Source: Nitrososphaera viennensis EN76
Lineage (GTDB): Archaea; Thermoproteota; Nitrososphaeria; Nitrososphaerales; Nitrososphaeraceae
Direction of reading: 5' to 3'
NCBI RefSeq assembly: GCF_000698785.1
Contig: NZ_CP007536.1
Span: forward strand, 1,080,001-1,112,000
DNA length: 32,000 nucleotides
Position numbers and translations under genes: made by a program. This document shows, piece after piece, positions 7,983-14,994 of the stretch. Within the stretch, counting starts at the first letter, position 1; each line of letters starts with the position of its first letter. Under the pieces are notes generated by a model. That model was not told where the DNA came from. It ran no database searches and saw nothing but the letters and a program-made list of their open reading frames with translations.

Positions 7983-8896
7983 ATCTCCATGCTTATTTCG
8001 TGAACGATATGCTCAACGCAGCGACCGCCTTCAGCGGCAGCGACCGTGAGGCGACTAAAGCCGCTGCGCAAGTCGCCGACAACATACACTCCGGGAACGC
8101 TAGTTCTGCCGAACTCGTCTGCTTGGTAGGTGACTATGCCCCATGGATTCATGTTTCGCGGCACACCGAGATCGTCAGCAAGGGTATTAGACGGCACACC
8201 GGCTTTGTCCCACAAGAACCCTGCATCCCGTTCGATGGATTCATTCTCGAGCTGTACTTCTACTAGCCGTCCATCTTGGGACACGAGCCGGCGCACGCGT
8301 CCCTCGTGGACCGACACACTGTTGCGATCTAACTCTTGCTTGGCTTGGGTGCTCAAAGTGCGGCCATTGGTGAAAACGTGCACGTCGTCGCTCCACATCT
8401 TGATGATGGGCACATGACGCTCCACTCCTTCCGCTCCAAAGACCGCGATGCGTTCGTCGCTATGTTCGAAGCCATCGCAAAAGGGGCAGGGGTATACGCT
8501 CTTGCCATACACGTCATGGATGCCCGGGAGCCTAAGGCTGTCTAAGTCGTCGCGGTTCCCCGCGGCAATGATGACGCGCTGAGCATGAATTTCTGGGCCA
8601 ACAGCTCTCTGGATGCGAAAGCCTCCATCATCCTCTTCCAAAGCGGCAATGACTTGATCGGTGTAATAGATGACGCTTGGATATTTTTGCAACTGGCTCT
8701 TGGCCACCTGCAGTAGTTCTAAAGGATGGACTCCATCCCGGGTCAAGAAACCGTGGCTGGCGATCGTGACGCGGTTGCGCGGATTCTCCTCGTTGATAAC
8801 GACGGCGTCAAGGCGGCACCTACCGGCAACGAGGGCTGCTGCCATTCCGGCCGGGCCACCGCCAACGATAGCCAAATCGTGCGTGCTCAGGATCAT
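7973..8896 (-). CDS. Thioredoxin-reductase-like NAD(P)/FAD-dependent oxidoreductase
   Basis: 307 aa. FAD motif DLAIVGGGPAGMAAAL. Redox CxxC in the position of the TrxR active site (YPCPFCDGFE). Second dinucleotide fold RIAVFGAEG. C-terminal GVYVVGD. Confidence 0.8.
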   Translation of the reverse strand: MILSTHDLAIVGGGPAGMAAALVAGRCRLDAVVINEENPRNRVTIASHGFLTRDGVHPLELLQVAKSQLQKYPSVIYYTDQVIAALEEDDGGFRIQRAVGPEIHAQRVIIAAGNRDDLDSLRLPGIHDVYGKSVYPCPFCDGFEHSDERIAVFGAEGVERHVPIIKMWSDDVHVFTNGRTLSTQAKQELDRNSVSVHEGRVRRLVSQDGRLVEVQLENESIERDAGFLWDKAGVPSNTLADDLGVPRNMNPWGIVTYQADEFGRTSVPGVYVVGDLRSGFSRLTVAAAEGGRCVEHIVHEISMEMCR

Positions 8897-8900
8897 ATAC

Positions 8901-8943
8901 TAGTTTGAGGTCAAACTAATATAAATAGTTTGATGCCAAACTA
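8901..8943. promoter_or_regulatory. Promoter of the oxidoreductase-MarR-methyltransferase operon, with two tandem 18-bp palindromic operator-like sites flanking a TATA box
   Basis: P1 is 8901-8918 TAGTTTGAGGTCAAACTA (perfect 8-bp arms). P2 is 8926-8943 TAGTTTGATGCCAAACTA (7 of 8). The AT box atataaata lies between them, about 25-30 nt upstream of the ATG at 8896, so the transcript is probably leaderless. MarR regulators typically bind such palindromes. Confidence 0.55.
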
Positions 8944-9337
8944 TCCATCTATCTTTGGCTTGTGCTGCCTCTAATGGAGATAATACGTTTCTTCGACGCC
9001 ATAATTTGTTAAGAATATCTTCCCACTTCGCCATAAGAAAAATGCTGAAGGGACTTTGCAGCCGTCCCAATGGCTTATGCCTTGTTTCGGACTCGCATCC
9101 TATGTAGGCCCGGGCACCTCTGGGCCCCCGCATATATCTTCAGTTTATCGCACTTTATTGATAGTTGCGACATGGTCGCTGCTAGAAGGAGAATTCTTTT
9201 TCATAGTGTTTCTCATCTCGCCACTCTCTTGTCCATCAGAGCGAGCAGCGCTGTGGTTGTGTTCCAGTTTCGTATGGTCATGTTCTGATACACGGGAAGC
9301 GTGATGATTTTCGTCAAGCGGCTTTGCGATGCTTTCG

Positions 9338-9832
9338 CTATAAGGCGTGAGAAATAGAGCACACGCTCTTTCCTTCATAGGCACGATCAACGCCATCTTT
9401 GACACTCACGCTTTTCATGGCGGTTTTCGCCGTAAGAGGTTCTTTCAAAAAGATTACATCATATCGATATTGTGCCGCATCTTTGCCGAACTGACGGGGC
9501 GCGCCCTCCACCACGCTTTTCAGTTGTTTGTGTGTGATGATGACGACTCGTGAGTCGTAATGAAATGTAGCTGGCAGGACTCCCTCAATCTTGGCGGTCA
9601 ATCTTGCCCTGTTCTGTTCATCCGCCCTGAACAGGATATTGCCGCTTTGAATATAGGTCATTACGTCTGCAAACCCCATCTGTTCGAAACACGCTATTAA
9701 ATCGGTCATCCTGATAATGTTATTCCCGCCCACGTTAATGCCGCGCAGAAGTGCAAGGTACTGATACGTGTCTACATTGTTACTCATGACCGATATCGGT
9801 CTGAATATCCATTCTAATATGCTCTGCGACAT
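9338..9832 (-). CDS. DUF1697-family protein, probably C-terminally degenerate
   Basis: Signature LALLRGINVGGNNIIRMTDL...YIQSGNILF. An alternative, more family-typical start is MSNNVDTYQY at 9787. It ends at ...EGKSVCSISHAL without the C-terminal Arg-Asn-Trp-containing segment I expect for this family. Confidence 0.7.
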   Translation of the reverse strand: MSQSILEWIFRPISVMSNNVDTYQYLALLRGINVGGNNIIRMTDLIACFEQMGFADVMTYIQSGNILFRADEQNRARLTAKIEGVLPATFHYDSRVVIITHKQLKSVVEGAPRQFGKDAAQYRYDVIFLKEPLTAKTAMKSVSVKDGVDRAYEGKSVCSISHAL

Positions 9833-10151
9833 CAGCAGAAAGAAGAATGAGTGGATTCCTTATCGCTATCAATTTTATCCCCCATCCGGAGGTTTTCGAC
9901 ATCAACGGCACCGTCTTTATTCCATATCACTAAAAAAGGAGAAAAATATAAAATAGCTTCCAGCAAGAGTATGAGTTGTTCCCGGTTGCTTCTTTCAAGC
10001 AATGTGCGGGTACATGAAGTAAAATCTTCCGGAAGGGCCCGCATATAATCTAGCTCCGGTTTCTTACATCATGTTTTCAGGACAGAGTCCATGCTGCGAT
10101 AAACGTCTTTAGGGTAATAAAATCACCACGGTCCTCAACAAAACGATCAAA

Positions 10152-11777
10152 TTGAAAGACGTACAGGTCTCTGCTACAGTAACTGCGGCCATTCTGCTGT
10201 CTGCCGCACTGGCATACGTCCAGCCGGTGGCGACGATGGCGCACGGGGCAACCGGGATTGGCGTACTGGTGTACACGCACGGAAACCCTGCAAACCCCAA
10301 CAACCCTGACACGGACAACACGCAGTCGATAAAACAGACGCTCGAAACAAGGTTTGGGACGCCTGCAGAAACGGTGACCCACATGCCCTACAACTGGGAC
10401 GACGGGCTGCAAAGCCTTGACTCGCGAGGAGCCAACTATGCAATCTTTCTTTACACTGACATGTTCGGGCCAGATTCGACTGTCATACACAACGTGACCA
10501 GAGGAGCCTTTGGAGGGATTTCAGAATACAATTACTGTCCGGGCCCGGTCATCGCCGGCGCATGCAACTACATGGGCGAGTCCACCGCACCCGCATCAAC
10601 CGTAAGCGACGCGGTGCTGGTCTTTGCCGAGCCTGCAAGGCCGGACCACCCGATCCTGAAGGACATCTTTGTCAAGCAGGCAAGAGAAGTCAGCACTGAT
10701 CCAGCGAATGAAATCGTCGTGCTTGTCGGCCACGGCGCGAGGTCAGACACCAACGACAATGCGCAAAAGGCAGAACTTGCAACCGCAGCAGCATACGTCG
10801 AGGACAAGATGAACTTTGCCGGCTCGCTGGCTGTCACCGCAAGGGAAGACTGGCCGACGCTCAACGGCACGGCAGTCGCAAACGCCGTGACTGCAATAGA
10901 GAGCATGATGAATGCGACCGGAGCGCAAAAGGTGGTGCTTGTCCCGGCGACGGGCGCAAGCGGCTTTGGCATGGTCGCAAACGCCCTGCAAAACGAGGGA
11001 ATCACCTTTGTGAGCGCGCCCAAGCCTCTGCCGCTTGGGCTGGAGCTATACAAGCTGTGGGCATCTGAGGTCGTTGCCGAGACCATCAAGTTCATACAGG
11101 ACACGCAGCCGACCCAGTCGACGATAACGCCGTACTGGGAAAGGACGTATTCGGTTTCGTCAGTCTCGGCGCTTGCGGCGTACCTGCACCTGCTGCAAGA
11201 TGACGACCACACGGATCCAGATCCGCAGCCCGGATCAAACGCGACGGCCCTGCCTTCTGCGACCACCCTGCTCCTTGCAGGCCAGGTCATGAGGTCCGGC
11301 GACTACATACCCATAGTGGACTTTACGCCCAACTATGTGACGGGTCACCTCCTTCTGAGGGTCGCGTGCGACTCGGCGGGGACCCCTGCGGTGATGGCTG
11401 TCGCAGGCCACATTGACGAAGACGCCAACAAGACGTACGTGGACCAGCTCCACATGCACTACCTCGCGCACGCTTCTGCGCCGGGAAAGAGCTGCGTCTA
11501 CCACGCGCACGTCGAAGCCGGCTCTGACCACTCGGGCGCGCCGTACGTCACCGACATCGGGCTCTTGAACACAGGCAACAAGAACGTGGTCTTTAGGACC
11601 GGGAACACGGTGTCGTTCACGATCCAGAGCGCTCCCGGCGAGATAGGCGAGCCGTACAGCTACGGGCCTGGAGGAGGACTGTCTGCGCCGTTCAACCAGC
11701 CAAAGCAGATCTCAAGCCTGATGGGCCAGACGCCGACGCCGCCAGAAGGAGGCGGCGGAGGGCATTCGCACTCTTAG
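10152..11777 (+). CDS. Large secreted protein: class II chelatase-like (CbiX/CbiK-like) N-terminal region, unknown C-terminal domain, Gly/His tail
   Basis: 541 aa, TTG start. Signal-like VSATVTAAILLSAALAYVQPVATMA. Two beta-alpha-type segments, GIGVLVYTHGNP and EIVVLVGHGARSD...QKVVLVPATGASG, are reminiscent of the two halves of cobalt/iron chelatases. This functional assignment is weak (about 0.35). The C-terminus is PPEGGGGGHSHS. Confidence 0.6.
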   Translation: MKDVQVSATVTAAILLSAALAYVQPVATMAHGATGIGVLVYTHGNPANPNNPDTDNTQSIKQTLETRFGTPAETVTHMPYNWDDGLQSLDSRGANYAIFLYTDMFGPDSTVIHNVTRGAFGGISEYNYCPGPVIAGACNYMGESTAPASTVSDAVLVFAEPARPDHPILKDIFVKQAREVSTDPANEIVVLVGHGARSDTNDNAQKAELATAAAYVEDKMNFAGSLAVTAREDWPTLNGTAVANAVTAIESMMNATGAQKVVLVPATGASGFGMVANALQNEGITFVSAPKPLPLGLELYKLWASEVVAETIKFIQDTQPTQSTITPYWERTYSVSSVSALAAYLHLLQDDDHTDPDPQPGSNATALPSATTLLLAGQVMRSGDYIPIVDFTPNYVTGHLLLRVACDSAGTPAVMAVAGHIDEDANKTYVDQLHMHYLAHASAPGKSCVYHAHVEAGSDHSGAPYVTDIGLLNTGNKNVVFRTGNTVSFTIQSAPGEIGEPYSYGPGGGLSAPFNQPKQISSLMGQTPTPPEGGGGGHSHS

Positions 11778-11872
11778 CCCCTCCTTCCTTTTTCTTTTTG
11801 TTGAGGTGATATAGGACGAGCAATAATAATAACAACAATAGTAGTAATAAAATCAACAATAATCATCGCATC

Positions 11873-13777
11873 GTGCCGCTGTCGCTGCTGACTGCAGCGA
11901 TAATAATAACAGCTGCTGCAATTTGCAATCCAGCAGCCCTTGGAATCCAGTACGCCGGGGCGGATGACGATGACTATGATTATATTGAAAATAGCCCTGA
12001 TAACACGATTGTCATCTTCAAGTACCAGACAGAGGACATGCCATTTCTTCTGGGCGGCGCGACTTTTTTGATAACGCCAAACCCGTACTCCTACACCGCG
12101 GTCTACTACCATTCTTACAACTCGACTGACGGGGAATTGTTTGCAGGCGACGCGCTTGTAATCACCGATAACAACGACCTCCTTGACTCGGACCCGACTG
12201 AGGGCATAATCGAGCTTCAGGGCGTCAACCCCGGCACCTACGGCATAATGGAGATCAACACGTCTGCCGGCTTTATGGTAAACGAAGACCCCGTGGCCGT
12301 AGAGATTTCAGAGGATGCTCCAGTTGGCTCAGCCGAGTTCTTTAGCCAGCTGGTCGGAGACACTGTGCAGAGCGGCGAGCCGGCGCCAGTCCAGCCGCCG
12401 CAGATGGACAGCGCAGGTCTTGTCAAAGTGCAGTCGTTCAACGCCACGGTAAACGGGGTAAAAGTGTTGTCTGCAAGCGACATCCCGGTTTCCATGATAA
12501 TCAGCGCGGGCCAGGCAAATGCGGTCAACGGGTCAGGGCTTTTTCCGCAACCCGTCGTGCTTGGATCAAAAGTAGACGGGTCTGCAGACCTGCTGTCGCT
12601 GCTTGAAATGCTCGGCGTGCCGCAGTACGACGCGCCGGACGAAAACGCCCTTTCGGGCAACGTCTACGTCCCCGCACCCTGGATGGTCAACGACAATTCC
12701 ACAAGCGGCGGCAAGCTGGTTCTGATACCTACGCTTGACGCTGTATTTCCCGGCATGGACATCCTCTTGAACGTGGAAGGCCAGGATCTTGGCCTTGCCA
12801 GCTCCCGGCTTGACTCTATATCTATCCCGCTTGGGGCAGAGGGGCACGAGGTCGGGTTCAAGTTCAAGGTAATAGACGGCATACCGGAGGGCATGCCGCC
12901 GGCGCCGGGAGGAAACCCTGCGTTCTTTCTCGACATCGAGTCTTCCGGTGACATCGACCTTTCAGATTCGGCCAGCTTTGACGGGCACCCGAAGGTAAAC
13001 TTCAAGGTCGCCAAGGACATGGCGACCGGCGCGCCGCCGCTTTCAGACGGCTGCCCAGACGTCCGGTTCTACCTCCTTGACCACACTGCCAGTGCATGGC
13101 AAGCGCAGTCGCCGGCGCCTTTCCGCGACCCGGCCCGGGACGTCAGCGCGGGTGGTGTTGTCGTGCAGTGCGCCTACACGCAAGAGCTGGAGCACTTTTC
13201 GTCCTATGTTGTCAGCGGTAGCGGGACAGGCACGCCGACGCCAGCCTTGTTCATAATGTCAGTGTCTGACACGGTGACAGTCGCCGGCGGCGCGTCTGGT
13301 ACAAGCTCTTCAGTCAGCGCGGGTGGCAGTCCAGGCGCCGGCGGTGGTGGTGGCAGTGGCGGCGGAGTCATGCTTGGACCGGGTGCGCCACCATCAACCG
13401 AGCAGCTGTTTGTTGCAAGCACCAACAGGGTCGTGGTCGGCAGCATCACCCTAGAAAGCCTGCAGGGCGCAACCTTGGCAGGCGCAAAGGTCGGCCAGCA
13501 GGTGCTGGTGTCCTCGCAGATCACAAGCGCGCCGGGCCAGACAGAGCGGCAGCCGTACGCGTTCATCGTGCAGGTAGTGGACGCGGACGGATTCACCGCA
13601 TCGCTGACATGGGTCGAGGGCAGCCTTGATCCCGGCCAGACGGTAAAGCAGTCCAGCTCGTGGACGGCAGGGGCACCCGGCGACTATACGGTCAATGTCC
13701 TCGTGTGGGACGGCATAGGCGAGGCTCCAAAACCGCTGTCGGAAAAGAAGATCGCAGGCGTGGAGGTGAAAGAATAA
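11873..13777 (+). CDS. Large secreted multi-domain protein (SpaA/prealbumin-like N-terminal domain, Gly-rich linker, recurrent C-terminal beta-domain)
   Basis: 634 aa, GTG start. Hydrophobic N-terminus. GGATFLITPNP...TDNN...GIIELQGVNPGTYGIMEINTSAGF resembles SpaA-type isopeptide-fold domains. The linker is GGSPGAGGGGGSGGG. The C-terminal ~115 aa is paralogous to domains in 17704..18210 and 28140..28589. Confidence 0.7.
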   Translation: MPLSLLTAAIIITAAAICNPAALGIQYAGADDDDYDYIENSPDNTIVIFKYQTEDMPFLLGGATFLITPNPYSYTAVYYHSYNSTDGELFAGDALVITDNNDLLDSDPTEGIIELQGVNPGTYGIMEINTSAGFMVNEDPVAVEISEDAPVGSAEFFSQLVGDTVQSGEPAPVQPPQMDSAGLVKVQSFNATVNGVKVLSASDIPVSMIISAGQANAVNGSGLFPQPVVLGSKVDGSADLLSLLEMLGVPQYDAPDENALSGNVYVPAPWMVNDNSTSGGKLVLIPTLDAVFPGMDILLNVEGQDLGLASSRLDSISIPLGAEGHEVGFKFKVIDGIPEGMPPAPGGNPAFFLDIESSGDIDLSDSASFDGHPKVNFKVAKDMATGAPPLSDGCPDVRFYLLDHTASAWQAQSPAPFRDPARDVSAGGVVVQCAYTQELEHFSSYVVSGSGTGTPTPALFIMSVSDTVTVAGGASGTSSSVSAGGSPGAGGGGGSGGGVMLGPGAPPSTEQLFVASTNRVVVGSITLESLQGATLAGAKVGQQVLVSSQITSAPGQTERQPYAFIVQVVDADGFTASLTWVEGSLDPGQTVKQSSSWTAGAPGDYTVNVLVWDGIGEAPKPLSEKKIAGVEVKE

Positions 13778-13827
13778 GAGAGAAGGGGCCTACACGACCA
13801 CGCGCGTGCCTTGCCAGAGGGCGCGCA

Positions 13828-13848
13828 TTTTTTCCTTTTCTTCTTTTT
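13828..13848 (+). terminator. Oligo-T tract, probable archaeal terminator
   Basis: ttttttccttttcttcttttt lies about 50 nt after the stop of 11873..13777 and is preceded by GC-rich gcgcgc...gcgcgc. Archaeal termination typically uses T-runs. Confidence 0.4.
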
Positions 13849-14117
13849 GTGATCCAGTCTTTTACTGGCAGCGCCATATGGCAGTATATCAGGAGGATTG
13901 TCCTGACTTCTTTCTTCCTTGACTCTTGTACAGACAATACAACAAACAAGATCTACGGCTGCTGCGATGGCCAGCATCCTAACCACATCTCGAATATCAA
14001 AGGAAGCTGGACCTCTTTCAACGCTTTAATGCAGTCCCTATCCTACTGCAACACTACTCCTGTTGTTATTATTATCATACAGCCATTGCACATCATCTTT
14101 TAGAGGCATTCTCATTC

Positions 14118-14309
14118 CTAGTCATCATCATGATGGTGATCATGGTGGTGGTAATGATGATGGTGGTGGTGTTCATGCATCCCGTGTCCAAAAGCTCCAT
14201 CCATCATTCTCCCAAGACTTGAATCTTCTATCGGCTTCGCAGGCGAGGTGTAAAGTACGCTTCCATTGCCGGCGTCAACGATTACCTTGTGAAGAGTTCC
14301 GTCGTTCAT
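14118..14309 (-). CDS. Histidine-rich mini-protein with a PepSY-like fragment
   Basis: 63 aa. HKVIVDAGNGSVLY resembles the C-terminal strand pair of PepSY domains. The tail GHGMHEHHHHHHYHHHDHHHDDD has 15 His in its 23 residues. It is divergent from the Met-rich membrane protein gene. No signal peptide, so it may be a remnant. Confidence 0.45.
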   Translation of the reverse strand: MNDGTLHKVIVDAGNGSVLYTSPAKPIEDSSLGRMMDGAFGHGMHEHHHHHHYHHHDHHHDDD

Positions 14310-14427
14310 GTTCGGCTATAACCGGAGGCAATCATTGCAAAACCGATCTCACTGCACCACACTGTACACTCGCCGGCTATATTCTGCTCCCACCAATAAT
14401 CTTGTGCAGGAGGAATGATGATAATAA

Positions 14428-14862
14428 ATGGAAAACGTCTCAAAAACTGGCGGAGGAATAGCTCCTTCAGCGATATTGGCAGTCATAGGAGGAGCATTCA
14501 TGCTCGCAGGAGGAATATTCACTCTTTCAATGCTTAGTCTATGGAACCAGCAGATGGGGATGACGATGTATGGATTGGGCGGTTCAATGATGATGGGCGG
14601 AAGCAGTGGATGGGGCATGATGACGCCAGGCGGTACAGGACTCATGTGGTGGGCTGTCGGAGTCATGTCTGCGATATCTGTAGGTGCAGGTGCAGTGTCT
14701 ATAGCAGGAGGATTAGCCATTCATAGAAAGCCAGAAAGTGCGGGCATCTGGGGCATTGGAATCCTGATTGCGTCTATTGTAGGTCTTGTCAGCATGAGCG
14801 GCTTCTTCGTAGGCCCGATACTGGGAATAATCGGAGGAATACTGGCTATGGCCAAAAGGTAG
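14428..14862 (+). CDS. Met/Gly-rich integral membrane protein (candidate Cu(I)-binding)
   Basis: 144 aa with 3-4 predicted TM helices. The loop MGMTMYGLGGSMMMGGSSGWGMMTPGGTGLM has 9 Met in 31 residues. It lies immediately upstream of, and co-directional with, copA. Confidence 0.7.
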   Translation: MENVSKTGGGIAPSAILAVIGGAFMLAGGIFTLSMLSLWNQQMGMTMYGLGGSMMMGGSSGWGMMTPGGTGLMWWAVGVMSAISVGAGAVSIAGGLAIHRKPESAGIWGIGILIASIVGLVSMSGFFVGPILGIIGGILAMAKR

Positions 14863-14938
14863 CGCGGTCTCACTTGCCTTTCTTTGTTTTGAACAATTCT
14901 GTACCATACTATGATAACGCAATGCAATCAGGCAGCTT

Positions 14939-14952
14939 TTTACAATTGTAAA
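14939..14952. promoter_or_regulatory. Palindromic operator-like site in the copA promoter
   Basis: TTTACAATTGTAAA is a perfect 14-bp palindrome about 10 bp upstream of TATA-like cctatatac (14961-14969). The copA ATG is at 14995. The same 12-bp core recurs at 17446..17461. Confidence 0.55.
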
Positions 14953-14994
14953 GTTCTGCTCCTATATACGAGAAAAACCAAAAGAAAGACAGAC

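Noticed and set aside
9832-10044. 70-aa minus-strand ORF whose TGA overlaps the upstream ATG of the DUF1697 ORF (TGATG)
   Set aside because: The overlap hints at coupling, but the region is AT-rich and the sequence has no recognisable motif. The DUF1697 family-typical start is probably the downstream ATG at 9787. The evidence is insufficient to call a gene.
10077-11531. Minus-strand ORFs 10077..10490, 10568..11290 and 11235..11531
   Set aside because: They are antisense shadows of the 541-aa secreted-protein gene, with Ser/Ala/Arg-rich low-complexity translations.
11760-11777. C-terminal HSHS tail of the secreted protein as a His-Xaa-Ser (Hxs) repeat substrate for the radical SAM enzymes
   Set aside because: There are only two H-x-S units, 8 kb away from the rSAM operon and on the opposite strand. 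Real HxsA peptides have long HXS repeat arrays and are encoded adjacent to HxsB/C.
13684-13986. 100-aa minus-strand ORF with a hydrophobic N-terminus (MLAIAAAVDLVCCIVC)
   Set aside because: Its 3' third overlaps the end of the well-supported 11873..13777 gene. The remainder is a Lys-run encoded by the T-rich terminator region read in reverse.
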